Source: an uncultured virus (IMG/VR IMGVR_UViG_3300032893_002794) (taxonomy: Duplodnaviria; Heunggongvirae; Uroviricota; Caudoviricetes). From it: 64,000 nt of DNA. Below, piece by piece: positions 27,661 to 37,112 of this stretch. The stretch lies in the IMG/VR virus record IMGVR_UViG_3300032893_002794; one strand, given 5' to 3'. A model generated the notes under the pieces. It made no database searches and was not told where the DNA came from. It saw only the letters and a program-made list of their open reading frames with translations. Within the stretch, counting starts at the first letter, position 1. Every line of letters starts with the position of its first letter. A program made the position numbers and the translations under genes.

Positions 27661-27984
27661 TCAGAAGGGGAGAGTAGGGTCGGAGAGGGTGCGGTCCTGA
27701 CCCGCGGACAGTCTCGCGAGATCTCTCGGGGTGAGGGGCTCCCACGCGAGGGTGGTTAGCTTCGAGTCGAGCTTGCCGAGGCCGAGCTCGCGCACCTGCT
27801 TGGCGATCTTGTGCCAGGCCTCGTCCGACAGGAAGGTGTCGATGGTGGCTGCCCTCTGGTGCTCGGTGCAGTACCCGAGGCGCAGGAAGCGGAGGCGCCT
27901 CGGCTCGGACCTGGCACTTGTTCGCAGCTCGAGGGCGGGGCGCCACTCGGGCTCGTTTTGGCATTCGTCTTGAGAGCAGGGCAT
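27661..27984 (-). CDS. hypothetical Zn-binding-like protein
   Basis: CxxxxC..CxxH. Confidence 0.6.
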   Translation of the reverse strand: MPCSQDECQNEPEWRPALELRTSARSEPRRLRFLRLGYCTEHQRAATIDTFLSDEAWHKIAKQVRELGLGKLDSKLTTLAWEPLTPRDLARLSAGQDRTLSDPTLPF

Positions 27985-27995
27985 GGTGTTATCTC

Positions 27996-28676
27996 TTAGT
28001 CCCAGGCAGAGTCGGTCACGGCCTCGGCGACGAGCTCGTAGGGGTCGTACGATGCTGAGGTGGGGACAATGATGCTGTCGACTTTGGTGAAGCTCCCGTC
28101 GTCGTTGACGGCGGACCGCAGGAGGTAGGAGGCATCATTGTCTTTCTCGGCCACGAGGTAGATGCTCTCGGTGTCGAGAGCGACCGGGCGGGCCACCTTG
28201 AGCCCGAGCTCGTTCAGCAGTTTTCGCACGGCGAAGTACGGCATCTTCTTCCTGGGGTCCCAGGGGCCGAGGTGCTCGGCGGGCACGGCGTAGGGCTGCC
28301 AGACCTTGGCGAGGAGGCGGCCGACGAGCCGCTGGTGTGCGTCGGAGCTGACGAGGTCTGACTTGATCATCTGGACGAGCGTGAGGGCGCCGTCGGAGGT
28401 GAGTGGGTTGTCGAGGGGGCAGCCGATCTTGCGACCGTGAGGTGTCATGCCGAGGGCGTTTACGCACTCGCGGCCGCGGTCGCAGAACTGCGGTCCGTCG
28501 GCCTCGCCCCCGCCGTCTTGGAACGGCCCCTGGGGGAACGTGCCCGAGTCGCCGTCGTCCACGACGCCGTGTTCTTTGAGGTAGTTGACCATCGTCGTGC
28601 CGCAGTCTTCGCAGAGGAGGGCGGCCTGGAACGCGTAGACTGTCGTGGACACCGGTATCATGTCGAGCCAGCTCAT
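27996..28676 (-). CDS. hypothetical protein
   Basis: AGGAG RBS, ATG 28676; LCEDC..EADGPQFCD..C..LDNPLT. Confidence 0.65.
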   Translation of the reverse strand: MSWLDMIPVSTTVYAFQAALLCEDCGTTMVNYLKEHGVVDDGDSGTFPQGPFQDGGGEADGPQFCDRGRECVNALGMTPHGRKIGCPLDNPLTSDGALTLVQMIKSDLVSSDAHQRLVGRLLAKVWQPYAVPAEHLGPWDPRKKMPYFAVRKLLNELGLKVARPVALDTESIYLVAEKDNDASYLLRSAVNDDGSFTKVDSIIVPTSASYDPYELVAEAVTDSAWD

Positions 28677-28693
28677 TGTGGGGCTCCTGTTCT

Positions 28694-28951
28694 TCAATGT
28701 CGGTACGACGTGAAGAGGTCGTGAGCTCCGCACGAGTACCAGGTCTTGCCGTTGTCGGTGCTGGCCTCGAAGAGGACCTTGAATTCTGGGTTGGTGCGAG
28801 GATCCGTGAGGCGATCGTTGCGGATAAGCGATCCAGCGGGCAGAACACCTTCCGCCACGATTTGGCCGCTGTCGATGGAGCACACATGCACATCTTTTCC
28901 GAGCACGTATCGTCGGTTTTTTCGCTTGCTGGGGGAGATGATGGTAGACAT
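28694..28951 (-). CDS. hypothetical protein
   Basis: 85-aa ORF in the run. Confidence 0.55.
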   Translation of the reverse strand: MSTIISPSKRKNRRYVLGKDVHVCSIDSGQIVAEGVLPAGSLIRNDRLTDPRTNPEFKVLFEASTDNGKTWYSCGAHDLFTSYRH

Positions 28952-28973
28952 CGTTTGACCTTTCTTGGGGTTC

Positions 28974-29528
28974 TCAGCTGTAGCGGGCTGCTCGTTTTTC
29001 TGCCTGCGCCAGCTCGCGGGCGGCGAGCGGGCTCTTGCGGTACTGCCACAGCTCGAGGCCGGGGTGGTATTCGTAGTGGGCGAGGTCGAGCACCTTCTTG
29101 CCGGTGTTCGTGACGATGGGGGTGCGGCCGAGCCAGAGGCCGCCGCGCCGGTCGACCTCGTCGCCTACCTTCCGGTAGGCGTCGGTGTCGAGCTGGCCGC
29201 GTGAGTCTTTGATGACGAGGTGGAAGGCGCGGCCGACCTGGTGCCACGAGATCTGCCCCGGGGTGATGCCGGTCCGGCCGGCCGGGACGCTCGCCTGATC
29301 TTCCTTGCTCCGGTAGGTCTCGCCGAGCAGCGCGGGGACGCCGTTGGCACGCGCCCAGGTGAGGATGCTCTTGGCGAACTCCTTAGTTGACGGCTCGAGG
29401 AGGGCGAGGCTCCGCTTCTCCGCTGCCCTCTGGGCGGGAGTCATCTCCACGACGGGGGTCAGAGGCGGCACGGGGCTCTCGCCCGGGAGCCCTCGCAGCT
29501 TGTTGAGTAGCCTGAAGCCTAGGTCCAA
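28974..29528 (-). CDS. M15-family peptidoglycan peptidase (endolysin-like); start uncertain
   Basis: ETYRS..Q, SWHQVGRAFH, GGLWLG, DLAHYE. Confidence 0.75.
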   Translation of the reverse strand: MDLGFRLLNKLRGLPGESPVPPLTPVVEMTPAQRAAEKRSLALLEPSTKEFAKSILTWARANGVPALLGETYRSKEDQASVPAGRTGITPGQISWHQVGRAFHLVIKDSRGQLDTDAYRKVGDEVDRRGGLWLGRTPIVTNTGKKVLDLAHYEYHPGLELWQYRKSPLAARELAQAEKRAARYS

Positions 29529-29544
29529 GGTGTACCTCTCTTCG

Positions 29545-30219
29545 TCAGTTGCCTTCAGCGGCGTCGATGACTGCGATGATGGCCTGGTTGAATCCCGACG
29601 CATAGATCTGGAGGTTGCGCCGGTAGTGTTCACTCTGTGTCACCACGTCTCGTTTGGACACTCCCAGGTAGTATGCCTGGTTCTCGACGTCGTACTTCTT
29701 GGGAAACAGCTCGGCGGCGAGGCTCAGTGGCACGTCGTTCTTGATCACGTCGTGGTGGTTGCTGTACTCGATGCCGTCTCGGTAGCCCGACTGTCGGGCG
29801 TGCCGGTCGAAGTCGTGGGGCGATCGGCTCGTCGTCTTGGCCTTCTTCCTCGGTGCCTTCTTGGGCGGTGGGGATGGTTTCTGGTACTTTTTGGGCAGGA
29901 GGTGGTCGTAGTTGCCGAGCTTGGCCTCGACCTCGAACTCGTCTCGCCACTCGGCGGCGACCTGTCGGCGCACCTCGACGGGAAAGATGGCGTGCCACCT
30001 GCTCTCGTCGCGGTCGAACTCGCGGGCGTACTTGCGGGCTCCCGCCTCGGCTAAGTACATGAAGGCCTGGGCCGCGAGCTCGTGGTCGTACTTGCCCTGG
30101 GCCTGCTTGGTGACGAGGTTCTTGAGGATGGGAGTGGTCTTCTGGCGATATAGGTCACCGTCGTTCTCGGTGTACAGCTTCAGCTCCTGTGCTACAGACT
30201 CTGCGTTCTCGAAGCTCAT
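29545..30219 (-). CDS. phage-type hypothetical protein
   Basis: ELKLYTENDGDLY..KGKYD-like N-terminal domain. Confidence 0.7.
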   Translation of the reverse strand: MSFENAESVAQELKLYTENDGDLYRQKTTPILKNLVTKQAQGKYDHELAAQAFMYLAEAGARKYAREFDRDESRWHAIFPVEVRRQVAAEWRDEFEVEAKLGNYDHLLPKKYQKPSPPPKKAPRKKAKTTSRSPHDFDRHARQSGYRDGIEYSNHHDVIKNDVPLSLAAELFPKKYDVENQAYYLGVSKRDVVTQSEHYRRNLQIYASGFNQAIIAVIDAAEGN

Positions 30220-30234
30220 GGGGTGCCTTCCTTT

Positions 30235-30423
30235 CTACCTGTACTTGGCGATTATAGCCTTGATTCCCTCTCGCTTGGCCTCTCTTCTCGCTCGCGAGAT
30301 GCCGACGGCCACGGCCGTGGCGTGCGGGAAGCGGCCGTGCTCCTCCCTGATGAAGCGGGGGGCGAGCTCGCGCTCGCGCGGTGTGAGCTTCTTTGTATTT
30401 TTTTTGGTCTTCTTGGTTTTCAC
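30235..30423 (-). CDS. small basic protein
   Basis: 62 aa, AVAVGISRARR. Confidence 0.55.
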   Translation of the reverse strand: MKTKKTKKNTKKLTPRERELAPRFIREEHGRFPHATAVAVGISRARREAKREGIKAIIAKYR

Positions 30424-30779
30424 GGTGTACCTCCACGTCGGCGGAAGCGATCTTCGAGCAGCTTAGCGCGGTCGTGGGCCCTGCCGTAAGCCCAGCCGCG
30501 CCTGATGAGCTCGGACTCTCGGCACTCGTGGAACGCCACGTAGGGCCATTCGTCCTCGGGAATGGCAGCGTCGAGCCAGATCTCGTCTTTGGGGATGAAG
30601 GAGTAGCGGAAGCCGTTTCCGCCCTGCGAGAAGTCGGAGTCGTAGGCGTTCCGCACGTGCGTGCCGTCGACCAGCACGACGTGGAGCCCGTGGGGGCAGG
30701 CCTCGCCGAGGTAGCGCTTCCACGGCGGGACGGCCCGGGCGGGCGGGACTTGGGGTGACGTCTGCCAGTCGGCTGCCAT
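30420..30779 (-). CDS. hypothetical protein, HExxE..H zincin-like motif
   Basis: VDGTHVR..DF..GG..FIPKDEIW..FHECRE..AH. Confidence 0.65.
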   Translation of the reverse strand: MAADWQTSPQVPPARAVPPWKRYLGEACPHGLHVVLVDGTHVRNAYDSDFSQGGNGFRYSFIPKDEIWLDAAIPEDEWPYVAFHECRESELIRRGWAYGRAHDRAKLLEDRFRRRGGTP

Positions 30780-31138
30780 CAGCCGTACCTCCGGCCGTAC
30801 ACGCGCTCGACCTGCTCTCTGACGTCGACGGCCGGCAGCTCGCGGGTCTTTCTCATGTCGCCGCGGTACATGCGGGGGCTGTAGTCGAGGTCGGGCGACT
30901 TTTGCGACCTTGCCCTCAGCATCTCGCGCATCGGCACTACCGGCAACTCGAGGGTCGGGTGCGAACCGCGTCGGTAGGTCGTCCTGTAGAGTCTCCTCTC
31001 GATCGCCTGGGCGGCGCGGGGGGATAGCGCCAGGGCCAGCAGCGCGAGGAGCCCGATCGCCTCGGACGATCGGCTATGACCAGAGTCTCCGCGAGCGTAG
31101 CTCGAGGAGATATGACCCAGCAAGATGTCGAGCGCCAT
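30779..31138 (-). CDS. hypothetical membrane protein with MAxDxxLG leader
   Basis: MALDILLGH; one hydrophobic segment. Confidence 0.55.
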   Translation of the reverse strand: MALDILLGHISSSYARGDSGHSRSSEAIGLLALLALALSPRAAQAIERRLYRTTYRRGSHPTLELPVVPMREMLRARSQKSPDLDYSPRMYRGDMRKTRELPAVDVREQVERVYGRRYG

Positions 31139-31152
31139 TGTTACTTCTATGC

Positions 31153-31545
31153 CTATTCGGTTGTTCCCAAGATCGTGATGTTTTTCTGTCGGAGGGTATT
31201 CAGACAGTCGTCCATGTAATTCATGAATCTCGTCACGACTTTTTGGACAGCGCCAGGACCAGGCAGTTCTTTGAAGAGTCTCGTGATTGTTTCTTGAGGA
31301 GCGTTTTCTTTGGCTGCCATCTTGTACAGCCAGGCGATGTCTTTGTTGGTGAGTGGGTTCTTGAATGGTTTTCCGGTAGCAACGGAATCGTTGTAGGACA
31401 CGTCGAACGAACGGGCTAGGTCGAGGAAGTGGTTGTATTCCCCAACAGTCAGATAAGTGAGGGGCATGTGAGGATCTTCGCCTGACTGCACTTCATCATC
31501 GTCCAGCAGTTCATGATGCCCAAGACGGTCGGTTTTTACGTACAT
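31153..31545 (-). CDS. hypothetical protein with MxVKTDxLG leader (lower GC)
   Basis: N-terminus similar to 36664-37005; AAGGA RBS. Confidence 0.65.
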   Translation of the reverse strand: MYVKTDRLGHHELLDDDEVQSGEDPHMPLTYLTVGEYNHFLDLARSFDVSYNDSVATGKPFKNPLTNKDIAWLYKMAAKENAPQETITRLFKELPGPGAVQKVVTRFMNYMDDCLNTLRQKNITILGTTE

Positions 31546-31594
31546 TGCGTTGTTCCTTTTAGAAGGGTGGAGAGCGTGAGATGGACTAGTGTGG

Positions 31595-32158
31595 TTACTT
31601 TCTCTTGGGGATGTGGTCGAGGTACGAGATGAGCTCGGGGAACCGCACGTCGGCGTCCTCGACGAGACCCATCTGGCGGAGCCTCTGCTGGACCTCGCTG
31701 ACGGTGCAGGCGCCCCTCTCTAGGAGCTCGTGCACGTCGAGGATGTCCTTGATCTCTCCGCGGTCAGCCAAGAACTTGCACGCGACCAGCATGTCGGCCG
31801 GGAATACCGGGGTGTCGACTCCCCTGTACTTTCGAGTGACGGACATCTCGATGGCGCTCTTCTCTGGGTCGCCGGAGGCGAACAGGAGGTCTATCCGCTC
31901 GTCGGGGCTGTTACCCTCGGGGACGACGACGTAGTGTGAGCGGTCGAGCTTCTCTAAGACGAAGCTCTCAGGCAGGAGGGAGTGCAGGGAGCGCAGGACC
32001 GCGGCTCGGTCGCCCTCGTGGAAGAAGGCGTCGACGTCGGCCGTCTCGCGCCGGTACCCCCAGGCGCAGACGGCGAGACCACCGCCCACACCCACCCTGA
32101 CGCCGGCGTGGGCGGCGACGGCCAAGATCAGGCGGAGCAGCTCAACCTTCGACACCAT
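31595..32158 (-). CDS. nucleotidyltransferase (AbiEii-like, pol-beta superfamily)
   Basis: VGGGLAV..WG..RETADVD, IDLL, K....R...KD..D. Confidence 0.75.
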   Translation of the reverse strand: MVSKVELLRLILAVAAHAGVRVGVGGGLAVCAWGYRRETADVDAFFHEGDRAAVLRSLHSLLPESFVLEKLDRSHYVVVPEGNSPDERIDLLFASGDPEKSAIEMSVTRKYRGVDTPVFPADMLVACKFLADRGEIKDILDVHELLERGACTVSEVQQRLRQMGLVEDADVRFPELISYLDHIPKRK

Positions 32159-32162
32159 GGGG

Positions 32163-32561
32163 TCAGGTGCTCCTCATGGTGCCGGTCTCGAAGTAGTGGA
32201 CCCAGTCGAGGGGGCGCCCGTTGGGCATGGTATCTTTCTCGAAGAAGCCTTTCCACCACCAGTACCAGTCATCTTGGCTGTCTTCGGCCAGTGTAGCTCC
32301 GAGCACTGTGAGGGATACCTCGGTGTCCGACACGATCGTGAGGTATCCGAGGTCGATCATCTCGCGCACCTTGTCTTCGGTGAGCAGGAGTGGGTTGGCA
32401 TTGACGTCCCACACGGGTCCGGTGGGAGCCATGAAGTCGAGGGTCCAGAAGATCTTCTTACCGTACTGGTAGGGGTGTAGGCTCTTGCCCGACAGCAGGA
32501 GGGCGCCGAGCACTGCCTTGTGGACCTTCCGCACGCCACTGAACATTTTTCGAGTCGGCAT
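32163..32561 (-). CDS. hypothetical protein
   Basis: TGATG overlap start. Confidence 0.55.
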   Translation of the reverse strand: MPTRKMFSGVRKVHKAVLGALLLSGKSLHPYQYGKKIFWTLDFMAPTGPVWDVNANPLLLTEDKVREMIDLGYLTIVSDTEVSLTVLGATLAEDSQDDWYWWWKGFFEKDTMPNGRPLDWVHYFETGTMRST

Positions 32562-32812
32562 CAGAGTCCTCCTAAGAGCAGGTGGGTGAGCGCTCCCGAG
32601 ACGACGCCCACGGCGACGTCTCGGTGGACGGAGGTGGAGCCCGGCTGCAGCTTGTCGAGCATGAGGAGCCGCAGCTCGTTGTTGCAGCCGGCTAGCTCCG
32701 GCAGGCACGACAGGTCGTAGGCCCGGGCGAGCTCGGTGAGCGTGGCCCTCCCGGCGCGCCCGCGGTCGAGCGCCCGTCTTATGGTGTCTGCCCTCTCCGA
32801 CGGAGTGATCAT
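32561..32812 (-). CDS. hypothetical protein with C-terminal hydrophobic helix
   Basis: ATGA overlap. Confidence 0.5.
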   Translation of the reverse strand: MITPSERADTIRRALDRGRAGRATLTELARAYDLSCLPELAGCNNELRLLMLDKLQPGSTSVHRDVAVGVVSGALTHLLLGGL

Positions 32813-33576
32813 GATGATTTTTTCCTATGAGGTCCGTACCTCAGCTGGGGCACGCTGATCGCGAGGGGATGGTCAGCGTTTAGGTTTTCATCCCAGCTGA
32901 TGGGGCTGCCCATGTAGTCGAGGCTTGCCGCCTGCATCCCGAGCTGCCAGCCCCAGGACTCTCCGTCCTCTGGCTGGCCGTGCTGGACGCACACCTCGAA
33001 GAGGGTGCTGAGCTCGAGGTGGTCGTTCGAGGACACGATCTCGTGGGCGATCCGCCTCCCCCACGACTCGGCCCACTTAGGAGGTGGAGGGCAGAAATCG
33101 TAGCAGTTGTTCTCGCCCGCGCGTCGACCCTCGGGGGTGTTGCGGGCCCACCAGACGGACCAGGGGCCCCTGGTGATGCCTCTCAAGATCGTCGAGCTCG
33201 AGGACTTCCGCTCGTAAACGTTTCGGCGTTCCAAGTGGTGCCCGAATATCTTGAGCCACACTAGTAGCTGTGCTTCGGATCGTTCGACGGGGGTTCCCAG
33301 CTCCAGGGACGACATGAGACTGCACACTCGAGAGTAGAATTCGGCGGCCTCTGGAAGGTATCGTCTCAGGCTGTCACGCATAACGCTCGTGTAGCGAGGA
33401 TCGACGGGTCCTGACCGGTGCGGGTGATCGTCGCCCAGCAGCTCTTGGGAGAAGAGATCACCGTCTAGTCCGGCGGCTAGCTTGACAGCGTGGCTCGCCA
33501 GCTCTCTCACGTATCTGCTCCACTTGGCAGGTTTGGGGATGTCTGGTGGAGGCGGTATTGAATATTTGTCGTGCAT
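32809..33576 (-). CDS. hypothetical protein; C-terminal domain paralogous to 41514-41948
   Basis: GITRGPWSVWWA..YD..PKWAESW..LGMQA. Confidence 0.6.
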   Translation of the reverse strand: MHDKYSIPPPPDIPKPAKWSRYVRELASHAVKLAAGLDGDLFSQELLGDDHPHRSGPVDPRYTSVMRDSLRRYLPEAAEFYSRVCSLMSSLELGTPVERSEAQLLVWLKIFGHHLERRNVYERKSSSSTILRGITRGPWSVWWARNTPEGRRAGENNCYDFCPPPPKWAESWGRRIAHEIVSSNDHLELSTLFEVCVQHGQPEDGESWGWQLGMQAASLDYMGSPISWDENLNADHPLAISVPQLRYGPHRKKSS

Positions 33577-33584
33577 GAGATCTC

Positions 33585-34322
33585 TCAGAAGCCGAACCCT
33601 GCCTGCCTCGGGTCTACGGGAGGTCCCTTGAGCCTGCCGTCTACCCACCAGACGTGCCCGTCGTTCGCGACTGCCGCTTGCCGTGAGGCCGCCTCGATGA
33701 CGACGACCGGGAGGAGGTAGCGGAAATTGAGCTCGACGGTGAACCGCCGCAGCCGGTCCGACGCGAATTCGACCGCCTCCTCGAGGGACGTGAACGGACG
33801 CTCGTGGTCCGCGATGCGGTTGCTCGACATCAGTAGTCCACCGCCGAGGTAGTTGTTGGTCACGTAGAAGCCGGGGCCGTCGCTCACCCGGGCACGCTCG
33901 GCTCGGTCGGTGGCCGACTTCGCGCGGGACTTCTTGAGGCGCTCGGTGCGGCGGGCGGCGGCCGCCTCATCGATGAGGGGATCGCTCGAGAGGCCCTCGA
34001 TGGAGTCGCCTGACACTCGGAAGTAGGAGGGTGAGGCCTCCACGAGCTGCCAGCCGGCCTCGAGGTACGGCTTGAGCAGCTGCTCGACGCTGCGGCCCGC
34101 CTTGGCTCGGCCCCTGACCTTCCAGCCGTAGTCGTGCGACCCCTTGCCGTAGTTTTTCTCCTTCTCTGCGGGCGTGTAGCGGATCACCATGCGCTCGAGC
34201 ACGCTGCCGTCGCTGGCGAGAGCTCTGTAGTGCGTGACCTCGGCGACGCCCTCTCTGCTACCGGGCACAGTTTCCGAGACCCTGAAGATCTCCTCTCGTC
34301 CTCTCGCCTTGAGCTTTGCCAT
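33585..34322 (-). CDS. hypothetical protein
   Basis: 245 aa, AAGGA RBS. Confidence 0.7.
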   Translation of the reverse strand: MAKLKARGREEIFRVSETVPGSREGVAEVTHYRALASDGSVLERMVIRYTPAEKEKNYGKGSHDYGWKVRGRAKAGRSVEQLLKPYLEAGWQLVEASPSYFRVSGDSIEGLSSDPLIDEAAAARRTERLKKSRAKSATDRAERARVSDGPGFYVTNNYLGGGLLMSSNRIADHERPFTSLEEAVEFASDRLRRFTVELNFRYLLPVVVIEAASRQAAVANDGHVWWVDGRLKGPPVDPRQAGFGF

Positions 34323-34331
34323 TTTTGTCCT

Positions 34332-34760
34332 TTACTCGTGCGTGAATTGTGGCGCGAAGGTGGCGGCCACGTCGTTGATGTAGTTGGCTAGGTAGGTGGC
34401 TACCTTGTCGGGGTCGGCCGTCTTCTTGCGCATCTTCTTGGCGCCGCTGCCTGGGTGGCCAACGTTGCAGACCAGCTGCTCGGCTTCCACGCGAGCTGAC
34501 GGATCGGCGTCGTGCGGGGGGTCGTTGAACCCCCGCACCATGAACAGCATGCGGTTGTTCTCGGACTCGGCGCCTCCTCCCCTGCGCTCCCGGACCCGCG
34601 ACTCGGGGAGGTTAACGAACGTGACGGTGACGCTGGCGCGACCTGGTCCAGGGGGTCCGAGTCTTGGAGTGAGGTCGGCCACGACGAATCTATCCTCGTG
34701 CACGAGCAGCGACAGTCGCTCGCGCAGGACCTCTATGAACATCTCGGCAGTTAGCGGCAT
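34332..34760 (-). CDS. hypothetical protein
   Basis: AGGAG RBS, directly downstream of a promoter. Confidence 0.65.
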   Translation of the reverse strand: MPLTAEMFIEVLRERLSLLVHEDRFVVADLTPRLGPPGPGRASVTVTFVNLPESRVRERRGGGAESENNRMLFMVRGFNDPPHDADPSARVEAEQLVCNVGHPGSGAKKMRKKTADPDKVATYLANYINDVAATFAPQFTHE

Positions 34761-34786
34761 GGTTGACGTTTTCTCCTGAGGTCTTA

Positions 34787-34815
34787 ATCTTAAGCTAGTA
34801 AGAACTAAGTGTCAA
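34787..34815 (-). promoter_or_regulatory. sigma70-like promoter
   Basis: minus strand TTGACA-cttagttcttactagct(17)-TAAGAT. Confidence 0.6.
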
Positions 34816-34824
34816 ATCTAAGAA

Positions 34825-35676
34825 TTAGAACCCGAGGTTGCCGAGTATGTCGCGCGCGAGGTCGCGGGCTGCCTGGGCGTCGTCATCGACCATGGATCTG
34901 ACCTGCTCGTCCTTGTCCTCCTGGTCGAGCTCGTAGTGGGCCTCGTAGCCTCGGCGTAGGAGAGGGAGGTATGCGACGGCGCCCTTGCTGTCGGGCGCCT
35001 TGATGAGGGCCGCGAGGAGGTCGGCGAGCGTCTGAGCGCCGTCGACCTTCACGGCGTTCTCGAGCTTGACCTTCGAGAAGTCGGGCACTCCCCTGGCCAC
35101 GGCGAGCGCGTAGCGGAGGGCTTCGGCCTCGTCGTCGTCGAGCTGGAGATCGAGCGGCTCGTCGCCGAGGGCGAGCTCCAAGGCCTCGAGCTCGGGCACC
35201 TTGCGGGCGGAGTGGCCGCCGTAGAGCTTGGAGACAACCTCGCGGCGCATGCTCTTGTTGATCTCTGGGACTTCGGAGGCCGGCACCTTGCCGGCGTAGA
35301 ATTTGACCTCCTCGATGGGGCACGGCAGGGCCTCGGCAAAGTCGTTAGTCGAGGTCGAGTCCTCGTATCCCTCGTGGTTGGCGAGCACCACGGCTTTGTA
35401 CTCGGGACCGAGCTTCTTGTACTCGTCCTCGTCGAGCCCGCTGGTGCGCATAGCCGACTGGACGTCCTCGCGGTCGACGCCGAGGTCTTCGTAGTCGACG
35501 GTCTTGCTGGATACGTCCCAGAAGCCGTAGCCATTCTGGAGGGCGGAGGAGTCCATCTCGAGCCATGGGGTGATGCGCACGAGCTCGACCTGGCGCGATC
35601 TCTTGTCGACTTTGGCCAGCGTGCAGCCGCTGCCGCTGAAGTCTCGGTCGCCGTCTACTTGCTTCCACTTGCTCAT
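34825..35676 (-). CDS. acidic hypothetical protein
   Basis: 283 aa, GAGGAG RBS. Confidence 0.7.
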   Translation of the reverse strand: MSKWKQVDGDRDFSGSGCTLAKVDKRSRQVELVRITPWLEMDSSALQNGYGFWDVSSKTVDYEDLGVDREDVQSAMRTSGLDEDEYKKLGPEYKAVVLANHEGYEDSTSTNDFAEALPCPIEEVKFYAGKVPASEVPEINKSMRREVVSKLYGGHSARKVPELEALELALGDEPLDLQLDDDEAEALRYALAVARGVPDFSKVKLENAVKVDGAQTLADLLAALIKAPDSKGAVAYLPLLRRGYEAHYELDQEDKDEQVRSMVDDDAQAARDLARDILGNLGF

Positions 35677-35689
35677 TGGGATCTCCTCT

Positions 35690-36151
35690 TCACATGATGC
35701 CCTGGCGCCGCATCTCGGCGGCCCAGGCCTCGGTGAACACCTGCCTTCGGGTGTCTATGGTGTGGTTCCAGTCGACCTTGCCCTCCTGGTGCAGGCCCGC
35801 GATCGTCTGTCCCAGCAGCACGGACAGGTCGTCGCCGCCGAGAGGTAGTGGCACGCCGGACTCGTTCGCCTGAGCCTTGATGACGGGGGCGTAGCGGAGG
35901 GCGCTCTCTCTTCCTAAGTCGTCCAGGTAGGAGGCGTCGGTGACTCCGACGGTGGTGTCTCGCCAGCCCTGCTTGAGCGCCCACGCGACGGCGGGAGCCA
36001 CGTTGTTCTGCTCGGGGCCGACCTGTCGTCCGCTGCTGCGGTAGAACCTTACTTTCTGTCCTCGGCGGCACATCCACACGACGTGCCCACGGGAGTCGCG
36101 GAACTGGGCGCTGCCCCCGTACACTTCGCCCCAGGGTGCCTTGAACTTCAT
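35690..36151 (-). CDS. hypothetical protein
   Basis: ATGA overlap. Confidence 0.6.
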   Translation of the reverse strand: MKFKAPWGEVYGGSAQFRDSRGHVVWMCRRGQKVRFYRSSGRQVGPEQNNVAPAVAWALKQGWRDTTVGVTDASYLDDLGRESALRYAPVIKAQANESGVPLPLGGDDLSVLLGQTIAGLHQEGKVDWNHTIDTRRQVFTEAWAAEMRRQGIM

Positions 36152-36660
36152 GGTGTCGTCCTCCTTGGTACGATCAGGAGCTTGGCAGCGCGGCGGGAGA
36201 CGAGGTAGCTCGCTCCCAGCAGGGCGCCGAGGCCGAGTACCTTCAAGCCGAGCGGCGTGTTCCTCGAGCAGTCTCGGCAGGTGGCTCGGTCATGTTCACT
36301 TGTCGTAGCAACCCCGCGCTCGAGCGCCGCGATCTCCGCGCGGCGGCGCCTCACCTCGTCGCGGAAGTCGGTGAGCTCGACGTAGTCACGGCCCTCGTAC
36401 CTGCCCTGGCGGGACTCCTTGAAGGAGTGCCACTTCCTCATGAGGGCGCCGAGCGACTTCCGGCGGTCGGCGGGCATCTTCCCGGCGGCGTGGAGCCTCG
36501 CGACCTCCCTGAAGCACTGCTGGAGCTCGCGCTCGACGAGGTCGGCGAGCGGCCCGACCTCCATCTGGGCGAGGACATCTTGGGCGGCCTGCTGGCGGCT
36601 CTCGATGCTGCCGCAGCTCCAGTCGCGGGACGTTCGGCCGAGTATGAGGTCCTTGGCCAT
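36148..36660 (-). CDS. membrane-anchored protein with MAKDLILGRTSRDWSCG leader
   Basis: shared leader; C-terminal TM helix. Confidence 0.7.
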   Translation of the reverse strand: MAKDLILGRTSRDWSCGSIESRQQAAQDVLAQMEVGPLADLVERELQQCFREVARLHAAGKMPADRRKSLGALMRKWHSFKESRQGRYEGRDYVELTDFRDEVRRRRAEIAALERGVATTSEHDRATCRDCSRNTPLGLKVLGLGALLGASYLVSRRAAKLLIVPRRTTP

Positions 36661-36663
36661 GAT

Positions 36664-37005
36664 CTATTCGAAGGTGACGCGGGCGTTTGACAGTTCGTTG
36701 AAGAGCTTGTCTTCAATGGTTTTTCGGTTGGCAGTGGGGTTTACTCTTATGTATAGATCGACCAGTTCTTTGAATTTTTTCCTGGAGATATGTCCGGTTT
36801 TGGTACTGTCGTCGAGCATCTTCTGGATCTGGTCGCGACGGATTCCTTCTTTGGTATCTTTGCTAGTTGTTGGAGATGCTAGTAGCAGGCTGTCAATGAA
36901 CCAGTCAGGCCACGGACCGTAGGTACCTCCAGTTGTGACCAGATGGTTTATGTCCTCGTCGTCGAGTATTTCAGACCTTCCTAGGTTGTCAGTTTTTACG
37001 AACAT
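36664..37005 (-). CDS. hypothetical protein with MxVKTDxLG leader (lower GC)
   Basis: AAGGAG RBS. Confidence 0.65.
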   Translation of the reverse strand: MFVKTDNLGRSEILDDEDINHLVTTGGTYGPWPDWFIDSLLLASPTTSKDTKEGIRRDQIQKMLDDSTKTGHISRKKFKELVDLYIRVNPTANRKTIEDKLFNELSNARVTFE

Positions 37006-37016
37006 TTGATCTCCTT

Positions 37017-37106
37017 CTACTTGGTGTGATCATGAGCTTGGCGGCTCTCGATGTTGCCGCAGCTCCAGTCGCGGGACGTCCTGCCGAGTATGAGGTCGCG
37101 TGACAT
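37017..37106 (-). pseudogene. 29-aa leader-only ORF MSRDLILGRTSRDWSCGNIESRQAHDHTK (truncated copy of the 36660 gene start)
   Basis: 37040-37097 matches 36594-36651 at 55/58 nt; too short for the ORF track. Confidence 0.65.
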
Positions 37107-37112
37107 CGTCGT

